Assembly (NCBI GenBank): GCA_951406725.2
Contig: OX597815.1
Location: 211,792,001 to 211,856,000, forward strand
DNA length: 64,000 bases
Source of the DNA: Octopus vulgaris
Taxonomy: Eukaryota
Direction: 5' to 3'
The position numbers and the translations under genes are program-made. Positions 28,659 through 43,647 of this stretch are shown piece by piece (position 1 is the stretch's first letter; every line of letters begins with the position of its first letter). The notes below the pieces were generated by a model that was not told the origin of the DNA, did no database searches, and saw only the letters and a program-made list of their open reading frames with translations.

Positions 28659-28813
28659 CACTGGAGTAGGGAGCAGGAGCTGGGGCTGTAGGGGCGGTCC
28701 GCCCCGGGCGGCACTTTTGGGTCTTCTCTAGGCAATATGTGTTTTTTGTGAGGTCCGGGGGCGGCAAACGGAAGGCCCGCCTCGGGGCAGCACATACTGT
28801 AGCTACGCCAGTG
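28659..28813. mobile_element. 155-bp GC-rich MITE
   Basis: TIR CACTGGAGTAG / CTACGCCAGTG; 8-bp flanking repeat GAAGAGGG / GAAGCGGG (one mismatch). Confidence 0.75.
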
Positions 28814-29143
28814 GAAGCGGGTAAGAAATCTGAAGAATATTGGAAGGCACAAACGAAGAAAAAGAGAAAAAAGGAGATGCGTAGAAAGGCGAATGGAAAA
28901 TATGAAGGGAAGAGGAAAACAGAAAGTAGAGAAGAAGGAGATGTGAGGTGAGAGGAGGAATAAGAAGGAAGAGTTAAGAAATAAAGGATAATCAAGAGAA
29001 GACCAGGAAAGAAGGAAAGGATGACAGAAGGAAAGAAGGAATACAATATGCAGAATTCGAAAGAAAATTTGGAAGAGCCAGAAAATCAATCCGAAAAACA
29101 GAAAACAAAGGAAAGAAAAGAGAAGGATAGACGAAACTGGGTT

Positions 29144-29533
<390 letters not shown>

Positions 29534-30369
29534 GAGATGCCTACATAAATATCTATACGTGTGTTTGCGTTTGCATATGTGTAAATATGTATATCTCATT
29601 CTCATCGGGCTATGAAGTGGAGCTGGTCTCTGTACGGTCTCTTTTGTTGCGGGTGATCTATTTTCATGCAGACTTTACTGCCAGAATTTCCCTGTTTAAG
29701 TTATGCGTCGTTAGTCACATATTGATACTGTTTACGCCGTGTGTCTGATGTTTGTGCGTCAATTTTAACTTTTGTCTTGTGATACGAGCATTGTCTTCGT
29801 AATTATCTTTGAATACAGTGGAGGATTTTGCTGAGAATTCCCAATACATTGCCTAACAACATAATAGATGCACTTACTTCTATTTACAGAAGGAACAGAT
29901 ATTCAGATGGTTTGTCGACAGTAGCGTTAACGTCAACAACATCATCAACTAACTTGTACTAACTGCATAGAAATGATACTTGATGATTGACGATAACGCT
30001 TAATATTTTGCATTTTGTCAGGACAGCGAGTGAGCAGAATCCTTATAACGCCGGGGGGAAGAATGATTGACAGCATTTCGTCCATTGTTACGGTCTGACT
30101 TCAAATTTTGGTTGACGCTCTAATGCAGGTATGGTCAAACTTTTAGGAGAAGAGGGTTGCATGAGGCATGGATTATCACTAGGCGGGTCACACAACTAAA
30201 AACATTCAAGGTAATTTTACGTTAGGAATGATATTCAGAAACTCCCGTAAGTTGCCTATGACTGGTCTAATGAGCCAATACACCATCCGGTCACTCAGAG
30301 TATAACACATTTTAGGATATAGGGTAGCGTGATGGTGGTTACTAGCAGTGAGGTAGAAACACAAGGTGC

Positions 30370-30612
30370 ATTCCAGAAGATCTGAGAGTTTTTCAGGAGC
30401 GACATTTATTAATTTCATAGTACAAATCTCTAATCTTCAAAACAGGAGCCTCTGACTTCAATGCACCGGTTGTAGCACTCCAGCGACGCCATGAAGACCC
30501 CATGGAATCCCTCCGAAGTGAAGATATCCAAGACACTTACCACAGCCACCTTCGTCTTCTCGCTGTCTTCAAAACGACTGCCCTGAAGGCTCTCCTTAAG
30601 CTTGGGGAACAA
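30370..30612 (-). mobile_element. mariner transposase C-terminal fragment
   Basis: LFPKLKESLQGSRFEDSEKTKVAV...YNRCIEVRGSCFED matches the mariner C-terminus LFP.LK..L.G.RF...KCI...G.YFE. Confidence 0.85.
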
Positions 30613-30619
30613 TTAAATT

Positions 30620-30742
30620 ACAGGTCGATAAATTAAGTACCAGTTACGCACTGTGGCCGATGTAATCGACTTAATCCCTTTGTCTATCCTTGTTTGTCCC
30701 CCCCCCCCATGTTTAGCCCCTTGTGGGCAATAAAGAAATAAG
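30620..30742 (+). mobile_element. SINE family B 3' part
   Basis: GGTCGATAAATTAAGTACCAG...TGTGGGCAATAAAGAAATA. Confidence 0.8.
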
Positions 30743-31589
30743 AAAAACTATCATTGACTACGATGTATTGATATTCTCAGTGTTGTTGATTACAGATGGT
30801 GGCATTTACAGTGATGATGTTGTTTGTTAGTGGATTGCCCTGATGTGGAGAATATTGCTTGCAAGTGAAGACGCTAGTAGTGGCGATGGTGCTTCCTTGT
30901 ACCAGTGATGACGTTGATTTTTGGTAGCGGTAACTATCTTGGATGAAAGACTCTCAGCAGATATCTTCGGCAATGTCGCCGCCACCACCGCCGCCGTCGC
31001 TACCGCTATTTATGTAGATGATGATGATGATGATGATGATGGTAAGCATGACGACGACGATGATGATGATAACGATGGTGCTAACGTCGACGACGACAAC
31101 GTCAAGGTCGACTTCTGCTTAGCTGTGCCAGGCAACTATTTAGACTTGGATAACAGCAGCCTTTTCCTTCAACGCACCTACCCATCCATACTGGCGAGAC
31201 TTTCCACTCCCAAACAGTACCTTTCACCCGCAACACACACACACACACACACACACACTCATACATGTACAGATAGTGACAAAGACACGGAGAGACGGAA
31301 AGAGAAACACGCACAGACACACGCACTGACACACACACATTTACGTAGACCTCATTTAGCTATTTGTATATGTATAGCAGGATACTCGTTCAGTTTATGC
31401 AAGCTACAGGCTTTACTTGAAAGGAAATTAAGCTTGGTTTCCCAAAGTAAAGTGATCGACCTACAATTACACCTCCCCCACCTCCACCACCTCTTCGTAA
31501 TTTGTACCATAATGCTGCGCTGGAATATAGCACGACTGCCACGAAGGACTAGAATAACCATGACACGGAATTTTATGTTTGGGAATCGG

Positions 31590-32340
31590 TGTGTCTGTGT
31601 CTGTGTACATGTGTGTCTTTATGTATGTACGTATGTGTGTGTATTCATGTGTGTATGTATCTATGTATGTGAGTATGTATTTGTTTATATGTATGTGTAT
31701 GTATGTATGTATTTATGCTTGTGTGTATGTACGTATGTATGCATGTGTGTATGCATGTATGTATGCATGTGTATGAGTGTATGTACGTGAATGTATATGT
31801 GTATGTATGCATATATACACACATATATACATACATACATGCATATATGCATATATATATATATATATGTATGTATTTATGTATGCATGTATTATGTATG
31901 CATGCATGTATGTATGCATGCATGTATGTTTATGTATGTATGCATGTATGTATGCATGTATGTATGTGTATGTATGTATGTATGTATGCATGCATGCATG
32001 CATGAATGTATGTATGTATGAATGTATGTATGTTTGTATGTATGCATGCATGCATGCATGTATGCATGCATGTATGTATGTATGTATGTGTGTATGTATG
32101 TATGTATGTATGTATGTATGTATGTATGTATGTACGTACGTACGTATGTATGTACGTATGTATGTATGTATGTATGTTATGTATGTATGTATGTATGTCT
32201 CTTCTATTTTTTGTTTTATTATTTTAAAGCTTCCACTGAGATCGGAGCCGGTTTATGTATGCATGTGTGTGGGTATGTGTACATGCGTGCATGTATGTAT
32301 GCATGAATATGTATAACACTGCATATGTATAGGTGTGTAT
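31590..32340. repeat. (TATG)/(CATG) compound microsatellite
   Basis: Direct reading. Confidence 0.9.
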
Positions 32341-32631
32341 ACCCCCCTCTCTCTCTCTCTCTCTCTTTGTGTAAATTGTTACACGCAAACTGTCGCGAGT
32401 AATATGAAACTAAAATAACAATAATAATAAATAAATAAATAAATAAATGAATAAATAAATAAATATCCAGACCTAGTTGAGATCAGCTGAAATAAATTTC
32501 AACTCGAAGAAATGGAGTAAAAGAAACTAATTCTGGCAACGTTAATCACACTTTTTAATGCCTGGAACATTTTTAAAATTCACTATTTTCCCAACGCATT
32601 CATTTAAGCGTTTTGGGTTCATGAACATTTA

Positions 32632-32817
32632 GGCGCAAGTTTGTCTGCGTGGTAAGAAGTTCGTTTCCTAACCATATGGTTTCGGGTTCGGTCCCACTGC
32701 CTGGAACCTTGGGCAGGTGTCATTCTTATAGCCTGGAGTTGACGAAAGCTTTGTGAGTGGATTTGGTAGAGAAAACAGGAACAAGCCTCTCGTAACCGCG
32801 CGTGTATGTTTGTGTAT

Positions 32818-32877
<60 letters not shown>

Positions 32878-33066
32878 CCCATTATAGCTTGACAACCGCT
32901 GTTGCTTTGTCTACGTCCTGTAAACTAGCGGTTCGTCCAGAGATATCGATAGAATAAGTACAAGACTTTATAGAAGTGCTAGGGTTGATTTGTTCGATTA
33001 AACCTTTCAAGATGGTGCCCCAGCATGGCCGATGTCTAATGACTGCAACAAATAAACGATAAAAGA
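32632..33066 (+). mobile_element. SINE family A, diverged
   Basis: Colinear with family A. Confidence 0.8.
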
Positions 33067-35828
33067 AACCACTATAACTATTTCCGGTGCAGCCAGTGAG
33101 CAAGCCTGAACATGCTCACTAGGTCAGCTAGAAATAAATGCCAAGTCCACTCTAAATGCTATTCTACTGTGTTTTTTAAAAAATAGAGAAAGGCAATACC
33201 CTTTAAATAGTGCAAGCTAACATTTCTTATGTCCGAAAAATTGACGAGATGGCCATGACCATAGCGCCTCTAATAACGTTTAATGTGCTCGATCAGATTT
33301 GAGACTAAACCTAAAAGATGTGAAGCATTTCACGTTTTTATTGTTGTTGCCGTTAACGTTTTAGTTGGGGTGAGAGGCAGTATCCAGGACTCTTTACATG
33401 GAAGGAGAAAACTATTTTTAAACAGAGGATTTGGCACGAAGTTTTACAACAAAGTAAACTCTGCTAAAGGTATTATATGATGATGTTACGGATAATGTAT
33501 GCCACCCAAGTAGACTACAGAGGAACGGGAACTCGTAACTCAAAGGACTGGGGCAAATACTACAAGGAATACAGTCCGACGTTTTTGTACTTCCGCCAAT
33601 CCACCGACCTGAGATTAGCCTTTTTCTGTTTTTTTAATTTAAGAAGGATAAAAGGGGAAGTTGATCTCAGCGGGATTTGAACCTAGAACGCAGAGAGTTA
33701 TGATAAATACAGTGAGGCGCTAACAACTCTGCCAATTCGTTTTTATTTGCTTAATTATTTATCTGCTTTTTCCAGTCTTTCTAGAACATAGTCTAATAAA
33801 AAAAGATCACAGAATTTCAAAAGGATAAATAGTATTTGTTATATTCCAAGACTACTAAAATGTCATCTGCTATGAGGACTGCGGCGATGAAAAATTGCAA
33901 ACAGCTTTATAAGTACCGATCCAATTTGACCTTGCACGATAGGGATCGAATCCCAGAAATCAACCCAGTAACTGGGGGTTCCTAGTAGGTCCCGAGTATT
34001 TTCTCATTTCTATCACATTCCTACCCTTTGTACGCACTACGCATCGCTATAAGAAACCTCCACGTGGTAACTCATTCTGCTTGAAACATTAGCCAATGTT
34101 ACCTCAAAATCACTTCTTCGTCTACATTCCTTAAAAGAAAAGAGATAATCATGGTCGGACGGCCTTTTATTATCGATCCTTTCATTGATAACATCTAGCT
34201 ATCGCCGGTCCGCTGAAATCCCATGAGAACCTTTTCAGTGAATCCATCTTGTTAACGTCAGTAGCCGGCATTAAAAGTTTGTTCACTGCTGAATCAGTGA
34301 ATGAGGCCGCTATACGTTCGCTGGACCAGCTAAAAATGGCCCCCAAATCTACCTCAAAATCTTACTTCACTATCTTAAATAAAAGGTAACACATATTGAT
34401 CAATGTAACCCTTAAAATTCGAAAGAGCTGATGGTCACATCTGGAACATCTTTCATCATATTCCAGCTCGATCGGCTACAGCAACAACTTAATTATAAGA
34501 AAATAACTATATACATTTGGTAATTAGATGGACTTCCAATTAACTGGTCATTAATCAAATCTAACATATAAAGTCTTAACTCTAACAGAGGAAGGCGAAC
34601 ATACTTTGAGTATTATGTTTACCAGTCTATATTTGGTACGAGTGGTGTAAATTAAAACCAATTTTCTTCTTCAAAAATACACAACAAATATGAAAGGTTA
34701 CTGAAATCAACATAATTTGGCTGACATTGGATTAAACTTGTAGTTTGGAGGAATATGTTTACTTATTCGTCTGCAGAAAGTAGCGTCATAAAATGAGAGA
34801 GAGAGAGACGGGGAGAGAGAGAGACGAAGAGAGAGAGAGGACTAAGATGGAACACTATTTTGCAGTGTTAAAAATCGCTCATAGTGAATTAAAATTAGTT
34901 TTCTGTCGATGAAATCTCTAATACTAGAAGAATGTGCGAAACCACATTTCGATAAAAAAAATATTAAACATTTTCTAGAAGTATGGACGTTAATGATTAC
35001 TTTCTTTTAAGTAAAAATTACATATTCCAAACTAATTAATGAGTAGCTTTCTTTATTATAGTATAGACAGACATATATATTCGGATTATAAATTGAATAA
35101 TTAGAAAAGGAAATCGAAAATTTGTGAAAGAAAGGATCACAGTCTTAGCGTGAAAGGAAAACCGCGTGCACAAAAACTTACAGAAATGTTTATTTTAACT
35201 GAAGGGTGTAATAAGGGCCTCCACTGACATGTCCTTCATAATACAACGGAAACAATCAAATACAAGGACCAATGGAGTAAGAGAATAATGTCCAAAGGGC
35301 ACATTTTAGAGTAATTCAATAAGCAGAAAACATGGTGACACCTATAACCTCTCCAGTTATGATTGGCCAAAGGTTTCTCTGTAAGAATCTCTTCTACTCC
35401 GTAATACGTTTTATTTTTAATCCAACAGTGTGATGTCCACAGGTTCACCTAGGAAGTGAGTAGTTTAGTCACCGACAACTCAAACTTGAGATAAGTTATG
35501 CTGGATTACATGCTACCAGTAGCAAGCAGAGTACAATTTAAACATGAAAATAGCTAGAGATGAATGATTAACTCACAAATAACCTAAAAGGAACAAAATC
35601 TGTTCGATACAGAGTCCCTGGGATAATTCCAACTACCCTGTTTACCCTAACGTGACTGTCAATTACATTGCATACCTCATCTTTATTTACTACTTAAGCC
35701 TGTCGCTATATTATAATAATGTTCGTAACAGTGACACAAAGCCACGTATTTTACTTGCAGTGGTGGGATCGATTTCGATTATATATTTCAAAAATGGGCC
35801 AAGGTCACAAAATTGAAGGAGGTATATA

Positions 35829-36047
35829 CGAGTGGGTGTTGAAAAGTTCCTGGTTTTGGGTAAAAGAAAATACAGGAGGATCAGTTGATTATGATTTTAT
35901 TCAACATATTCCCCTCTCAGATTCACATACTTATTGCAGTGGCCCTTCAATTTTTCTAAACTCTGTAAAAGAACTCGGAAGGTTGGGCCTTCAACCAGGC
36001 CTTTCGCGACACCCTTAAAGCCAGAAACTTTTCAGCCCCACCCCTCG
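35829..36047. mobile_element. Tc1/mariner-type MITE
   Basis: TA-flanked imperfect TIRs CGAGTGGGTGTTGAAAAGTTCCTGG / CCAGAAACTTTTCAGCCCACCCCTCG. Confidence 0.85.
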
Positions 36048-36394
36048 TAGTCTATAAAATCGATCCGAGTAGTTGATTAGTACTTCATTTTAACAACACC
36101 AGTGTTGAATGAGTGAGAAAATTATACTAGGCGAGATTTGAACTCAGAATGTGAGGTGATATAAAGAAAAACTATTAATCTCTTCCATAATTCACCTGCT
36201 TCAGCCACTACTAAAAGAAATATTGCAACTATTTCCAACATAGGCACAAGATTACAAGTTTGGTTCTCATTTAGTCGATAAAATAGGCCTAAACAGGTAC
36301 CTTATTTTATAAACCACAGAGAGGATGAAATGCAACATTGATACCGATGAGATCTGAACTCAAAATACAAATAGTCATAACTAAGGTTCCATGG

Positions 36395-36640
36395 GAAGGC
36401 GAGTGACTTGGTGGTTAGGGTGTTGCACCCACGACCGTGGGATTGTGGTTTCGATTCCCGGACCAGGTGGTGTGTTGTGTTTTTGAGTAAAACACATCAT
36501 CTCGTGTTGCTTTGTAATCATTTCGACATCTGACGTGTGGCACATCGCGCACCTGTACAGGTAACGTTGATTTGATGGGGAAAATTAGATAATATATAGT
36601 AAAAATATTCCATCACTATAAACAACTCATCCTTGTAGGT
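36395..36640 (+). mobile_element. tRNA-derived SINE, head H2 with a different tail
   Basis: GTGGTTAGGG...GGTTTCGATTCCCGGACC, TTGAGTAAAACAC. Confidence 0.65.
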
Positions 36641-36979
36641 TTGTCTTTCTCCGGCCCGAGAGACTCACGACAGAGAAATAGAGTTACAGCCAATCCACTT
36701 CCCACGGGTGGTCACTTTCGAATGCTCGCATCAGGAGGTACAGCATTTATGTGCCATCGTATGTTATACATTTGTAAGTCACTAGAAAACCAGGTAACAT
36801 GCATCTGTTATCGGGGTCGATATTTCCTTCTTAAATGAGAATCCTGTTTGGTTCGATAAAACGCAAACCAAATCAGCAGAATCGTTGTTCTCGAGGGGCC
36901 CTCGAGTGAGAGCCCGTCTCACTCACACAATGAAAACATTTTTTCTTTTTTAAAAATGATACTACAGAATAGTAAATAT

Positions 36980-37045
36980 TGGCGCAATGGATAACGCGTC
37001 TGACTACGGATCAGAAGATTCCACGTTCGAATCCTGGCAAGCTCG
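36980..37045 (+). pseudogene. tRNA-Arg(ACG) pseudogene lacking the 5' acceptor strand
   Basis: TGGCGCAATGGATAACGCGTCTGACTACGGATCAGAAGATTCCACGTTCGAATCCTGGCAAGCTCG is near-identical to metazoan tRNA-Arg(ACG) from position 8. The upstream TAAATAT cannot pair with CAAGCTC, and the T-stem has one mismatch. Confidence 0.85.
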
Positions 37046-37057
37046 AAATTGTTTATA

Positions 37058-37530
37058 GGCGCAGGAGTGGCCGTGTGGTAAGTAGCTTGCTTACCAACCA
37101 CATGATTCCGGGTTCAGTCCCACTGCGTGGCACCTTGGGCAAGTGTCTTCTACTATAGTCTCGGGCCGACCAAAGCCTTGTGAGTGAATTTGATAGACGG
37201 AAACTGAAGGAAGCCCGTCGTATATATATGTGTGTATGTGTGTGTGTATGTGTGTATGTGTGTGTGTGTGCGTGTGTGTGCGTGTATGTGTGTGTGTGTG
37301 TGCGTGTGTGTATGTATGTATATTTTTGTATGCCTGTGTTTGTCCCCCCAACATCGCTTGACAACCGATGCTGGTGTGCTTACATCTCCGTCACTTAGCG
37401 GTACGGCAAGAGAGACCGATAGAATAAGTACTAGGCTTACAAAGAATAAGTCCTGGGGTTGATTTGCTAGACTAAAGGCGGTGCTCCAGCATGGCCGCAG
37501 TCAAATGACTGAAACAAATAAAAGAATAAA
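37058..37530 (+). mobile_element. SINE family A, full length
   Basis: Canonical head, central (TG)n and tail. Confidence 0.93.
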
Positions 37531-37544
37531 ACTATTAAAGAATT

Positions 37545-37755
37545 CATTTCAAATTTTGGCACAAGGCTGGTAATCTCTGGGGATGAGGCTTAGTTGATTA
37601 CATCGACCCCATATTTCAACTGATACTTATTTTATCGACCTCGAAAGGGCGAAAGGCAAAGTCGACCTCGCGTGAATTTCAACTCAGAACATAAGGACGA
37701 AATGCCGCCAAGCATTTAGCCCAGCGTGCAAACGATTCTGCCATCTCGCTGCCTT
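37545..37755 (-). mobile_element. SINE family B
   Basis: TACTTATTTTATCGACC...GAAAGGCAAAGTCGACCTCG...AACGATTCTGCCA. Confidence 0.85.
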
Positions 37756-38311
37756 ATGGAAGAATAAATATTACTGAAAATGAAATGTTATAGAAAGCTA
37801 AAACTTTAATCTTCTGCCAATTGCATTTGAAACTTTACTCTCTTGCTTCATTAGTGGTTTTCAACCGACTGGTTGTGGCCATGCTGGAATCGACACTGCC
37901 ATTACAACCATTTTGTATTCGAAACATTGTTTTCGGAAGCAATATTTTTATCACCTGAGGCTATGTAGACGCATCCACTTTTCCTCACGTCTCACCTTTA
38001 CTCAACCCACTTATTATAGCTCACCTCAAAGATTCTTCACAGAACTATAAATCCCCTGATATCAATCCCCACTCCCCGCCTCCTCCTCCTTCTGCCTACG
38101 TTATTTACGTTATTTCCTGCCGAGATCGACCTCCAGATGTTTAATCCTGAACATCAACCGCATTACTTTAATCTCGCCCAGTCTGAGAGAGCCTACTAAA
38201 GGTTATCAGTGTTACCTCATTCTCTCGGCCGACAATCTTCCTTTTTATCTCTCATTTACTAAAAATGTGTTATACCGTTTTATGTTGCTTTTTGTTTTAT
38301 CACCGACTCTC

Positions 38312-38385
<74 letters not shown>

Positions 38386-39558
38386 CTTCTTTTTCATTTT
38401 GTTTGTTTTATTTCAGCTGATTTCTTTATTCAAATCCAATTCTTGAAATATATTTTCTTGTCATTCATAATTTTTCTTTCTTTTGTTCCCACTCACATCT
38501 AATACCTCTTTCATAACTTGTATACCTTTCTACATGTCCGTTTCCCCCCTCCCTCCTACGCTCACATTTCGTCTTTCACTTAGGGGCGTCCTTCTTTTCT
38601 TTCTTTCTCCCACCTTTCCCCTCAATCTCCCTTCCTCCCCTCCACCCGTCTTTTTTTTTCCTTACTTTCACTTTCTCGGTCTCGTTCTCGTTTTTGTTTC
38701 TCAGGATTTCTCTCAAACTTCTATTCTAATTATTCTAATTTTCATTCACTCTTTCTCTCTCTCTCTGTCCTCTGTCTCTCTCTCTCTCTCTCTCTCTGCT
38801 CCCACCACATATTCTCTCGGTATCTCTAACCTGTTTTATTCTCTATCCCTCCACTTATCCGCCTCAAACTCTTCTTTCACTCACTTTTTCTAACGCCCTT
38901 CTTCTTCTTCTTCTTCTTCTATCTTCCTCACTCTCTCCCTCTCTGTCACGCACACACATATACACACAAACCCATTCTCCTTCTCGTTTTATACTAAATA
39001 TATTCTCTCTCATACACGTTCACTGACATCCATTTGCTCTCTCCCACATTTTCTATACACTTCTCAACCATATCTTATACCCCTGCTCCCCATCACACTA
39101 TCTCAAACCTTTCCTTTCTGATTTACCCAATCATTCTCTTCTTTCTCGCCTCACCTCTCTCCCCCTTCTCTTCCCCCTCTCCCTCTCCTTTTTCTTTCTT
39201 CCTATCACTGCATCTTTCTATTACATTACCAAAAGCAATTTACCGATTTAACACGTCTAAAATTATCAAACAATAAAACACCGACGGACATGTTTGCTGA
39301 CATATTTTATTTTCAAGACCTTTTTCTTTCTTTTCTAAATCACTTCCATCTTTCACCTTTTGTTTGTTTTGCCTGAGGAACCTTCTGGAAGCCATTTTCC
39401 TTTCTGTTCTACAATTCATTTCGGCTCAGTTTATTCACCCCATTTCCATTATTTACTAGTTTATTTCTAAATTTGTCATGGTCTTTTTCTTTCCTTTACT
39501 TATTGAATTATACCTTTGTTCTCATTCTACATATTCTTTCTCCCTCTCTTTCTGCCGT

Positions 39559-39580
39559 TATATATGTATATATATGTATG

Positions 39581-39633
<53 letters not shown>

Positions 39634-39678
39634 ATATATATATATATATATGTATGTATATATATATATATACATATG

Positions 39679-39747
<69 letters not shown>

Positions 39748-39826
39748 CATACATATATATATATATACATACATATATATGTATGTATATATATATATAC
39801 ATATGTATGTATATATATATATATAC

Positions 39827-39857
<31 letters not shown>

Positions 39858-40099
39858 CATACATATGTATATATATATACATACATATGTATATATATAT
39901 ATATACATACATATGTATATATATATATACATACATATGTATATATATATATATATATACATACATATATATATATATATATATACATACATATGTATAT
40001 ATATATATACAGACATATGTATATATATATATATATACATATGTATATATATATATATATATACATACATATGTATATATATATATATACATACATATG

Positions 40100-40139
<40 letters not shown>

Positions 40140-40264
40140 CATATGTATATATATATATACATACATATGTATATATATATATACATATGTATATATATAT
40201 ATACATATGTATATATATATATATACATATATATATACATATGTATATATATATATATATATAC

Positions 40265-40304
<40 letters not shown>

Positions 40305-40338
40305 CATATGTATATATATATATATATATATACATACA

Positions 40339-40389
<51 letters not shown>

Positions 40390-40430
40390 GTATGTATATA
40401 TATATATATGTATATATATACATATGTATG

Positions 40431-40466
<36 letters not shown>

Positions 40467-40477
40467 TATGTATTATG

Positions 40478-40509
<32 letters not shown>

Positions 40510-40550
40510 GCATGTGTTATGTATATATATATATGTGTGTATATATATAG
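39559..40550. repeat. ~1 kb (TA)n / TACATATGTA compound microsatellite
   Basis: Direct reading. Confidence 0.97.
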
Positions 40551-41516
40551 CATGTGTTAATGTATATGCATACAAGCATGCATTTATGTATGTGTATGTA
40601 TGTGTATATGTACATGAGTGTGTGTGTGTTGTGAGTATGTCTCACCTACCTATTTTTGTTTTGCAATCTACATTTCTCCTTTTGTCTATTTTACAGTAGA
40701 GCTTTCTTCATTCATATATGTGTGTATGTGTGTGCGTGCACATATGTATACATACATACATACATACATACATACATACATACATACATACATACATACA
40801 TACATAGTGAAAAGTGTACAACTGAAAGAAAAGAGCACTCAACATATGACGTAGAAGGTAAGTATTTATGGGGGAAAACAAAGGTTAGTTCATATCGCCC
40901 ATTTGTACAAATTATACAAGACGAAAGCATAGTCAACTCGATATAAAAAACGAGCCTAAATACTCTATGAACAAGGTACGCAAAGCAAAATATATCAAAC
41001 GAACCCAAGATAGCTTAATTACTAAATAAATGAGCGTGTTATCAAAAACAAAATTCATTAAACAGCTCAACATATAATACTTACAGCATGTCCTAAAGTT
41101 TCACAAACATAGAATTAAAAATTCATCTCAAGTGATAATAAGGATAAACCCTGTAAAAAACAATTATATCACTCAAACATGCCCATTCAATAGTTAAATT
41201 CATGCTAAGTTACTTAAAAACATAAGCAGCAAAAATCTAATAAGAGAGATTTTGCGGTAAGGAAGTAAAACAGAGAGTATTAGTCAAGTTTTAATCGTTT
41301 GGAGAAATACGATAGACAACTCCGAAATCGTTTCCTTCACATTAAACCTCTTTAGCGACCTCATCGCACTTCCCCTGAAGTGATTAAAATGATGTTAGTT
41401 ATTAAGTTAATGAGTTTGCTTCACAGCATACTTGTTTTCAGCTACATTTTTTTTGTTTTGTTTTATACTCATCGAATTCTACAAGTTAATGCAAGTCTGT
41501 AATTTGAACTGGGAAA

Positions 41517-41780
41517 TTTTACAAATCCAAGTTTACAAAGATGAGTTGTAAAGCCGATTAGGGCAATAGTTATGATGGATATGCACCTACCGCACTTTCT
41601 AGATGGTTAAAAATACACCTGCCACAAAGAAACCATTCCAACACATTAAGGCTCATAGCATATAACAAAACCAGACAGTTAAAGCTCATTACACGGATCT
41701 CCGTAAACTCATACTCAGACACATCTAGACGACTAAACAATACATTATAATTGTAAAACACAAGCAAGAACTAAAAGACA
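41517..41780 (+). mobile_element. Possible heavily decayed Penelope-like GIY-YIG fragment
   Basis: FYKSKFTKMSCKAD*GNSYDGYAPTALSRWLKIHL resembles VY.F.C...C....YIG.T.T.LSRRL..HL. Confidence 0.35.
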
Positions 41781-43170
41781 AATTGCGGATCTATGTAACA
41801 AGTTATAAGCGCTATTCATCACTGCCGATTTATGAGGGTAAGCAAAGCTGTATAATTGAGTCACCTTGGTCTAGGATCGAACCCACATGGAGCCTCAAGA
41901 AGACAGTATCTTATGATCGGAATGTGGTAGACAGAAAACTGTATGGACGCCCTCTCATGTATGTATATGTGATCTGGTGTTATTTTCCGAAATTTCTCAC
42001 AAGGTAATCATAAATGCAAACATGTATTTATGTATGTTTCTGCACACCTATGTATGCGTGCAAGTAAGGATAACCAAGTAGTATGTTTTGTTTCTTGAAT
42101 ATATGCATACGTAAATGTTTTTATGTGTCTATACGCGTGTATATGCTCTTATGTGGTAAACATCTGGAATGTTTTACATACTTTCACAGTTTCTCTAATG
42201 GCTTGTAAATATAATTTCTTAATTCGCGTATCCTTTTCTGGTTCTGGGAAGCCCAGCCTCTCTAGATTGGTGCTGATGCAGTTGGTTACATATCTAAATA
42301 CCCCAATTATTACATGCATAAATCTTAAGCCACATTGTTTGAGTGTAGTAACCGCAGTTTTCTCATTAGTTTGTTATAGGTGTTTTCTTCTTCTTTTACT
42401 TAACTTTAACATCATGTTCAAATTAGTTGGGCAACTGACTTCCTCAACAGCACACATTTGTCCCGGATCATTATGTCTAGATTGTTATGCTTGCATTTTA
42501 CCAAGGCTCCGGCAAGTGCATTCCACAAGTATTCTTTCATAGCATGACTAACTATACGTCCACATCATTATGACTTTTATATTTCCATCCGTTTGGCGGA
42601 TTACGTTTTTTTGTTATTTAATGCTTCATTGGTAGGTATTGTCAAGGAGATACTTTTGGGCAGCAGCTTTTGATGACGGTGATATTATTGGTGCTAATAC
42701 CTAAGTCAATATTGGTCAAAGGTAAATTTCTATAGCCTCTTTGGTTATCTATATTTCTGACACTTTGAAGCTTTCTTATTTTATAGTCACAACCTTTCAT
42801 TTGACAACATATGGCGGAAGGGTTATGTGTAACCTTGGCCAGCAGCTATCAAATACTTTCCGAAGAACTCCTTTCCAACTTTCATGATATTATCTGCTTC
42901 ATGTATGCAAATTTGATTCATGGATTAACATCTACTTGATCCCAGATTTTATTCGCTATATCAATGACCGTCTTATTAACGTTTACCTATATAAAAAATA
43001 ACGAATTCTCGTCTGAGCATGTAGCTGCATGTATACGCCGTTGAAAAAGCCTAAAAGGGCCGAAATGCATTGACAATGTACGTACATTAAGTATGATACA
43101 TAGCTGGCTATTTTAATTGAATGTTGCCTCAGTAGCATATACCGTATATGTGTGTGTATGTATGTATGTA

Positions 43171-43647
43171 ATTATTCAGTTTTATTTCAAAGTTTCTTTA
43201 CAATAGAGAAAGAGCTGGTTCCTAACCTAGATCCAAGGCTCCTTTAATGGAATTTCAGTATCAACAGGGTATTTTTGTATGTATGTATATATGTATGTAT
43301 GCATGTATATGTGCAGATTTGTATGTTTTGTTTTATGTATATATTCTCAATGCATATAGTTGCATGTCTAGACATGATCATGTATACTTAAATGATACAC
43401 TTCTGAAAAGTTTTACAGATTTTTACAATTCCAGTGATGGCTTGGATCTATAATCTTCTAATCAGCTTCCCTTTTTCTGCTATTGAGAAGCCTGATTTCT
43501 CCGCATTGGTATTTAAGCAGTGTGTTACATATCCCAAATGCTCCAATAATTACAGGTATAAACCTGAACTTGTAATCTGGATTGAGTAGCTGTAGATTCC
43601 TCAATAGTTCAGCGTAGGTATTTTCTTTTTCGCTGATCTTCAGCTTT
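43171..43647 (-). mobile_element. RLE-type (R4/Dong-like) non-LTR element 3' end in (ACAT)n
   Basis: [36 protein letters not shown]..., 3' UTR ending AATAAAACTGAATAAT; (TATG)n on both sides. Confidence 0.85.

Noticed and set aside
29640-29800. Possible R4 LINE zinc-knuckle remnant
   Set aside because: Key Cys/His residues are absent.
30921-31790. 289-aa ORF with poly-Asp
   Set aside because: Non-ATG start, stitched from GAT, CA and TATG repeats; no recognisable domain in the unique parts.
36890-36906. CTCGAGGG-G-CCCTCGAG palindrome (also the 45063-45088 hairpin)
   Set aside because: Short and isolated; could arise by chance in 64 kb.
38480-39230. Long pyrimidine-rich tract and its ORFs
   Set aside because: Low-complexity sequence; no specific structure or coding signal.
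43040-43075. TTGAAAAAGCCTAAAAGGGCCGAAATGCAT as a hammerhead
   Set aside because: Too many core mismatches and no valid stem III or NUH.
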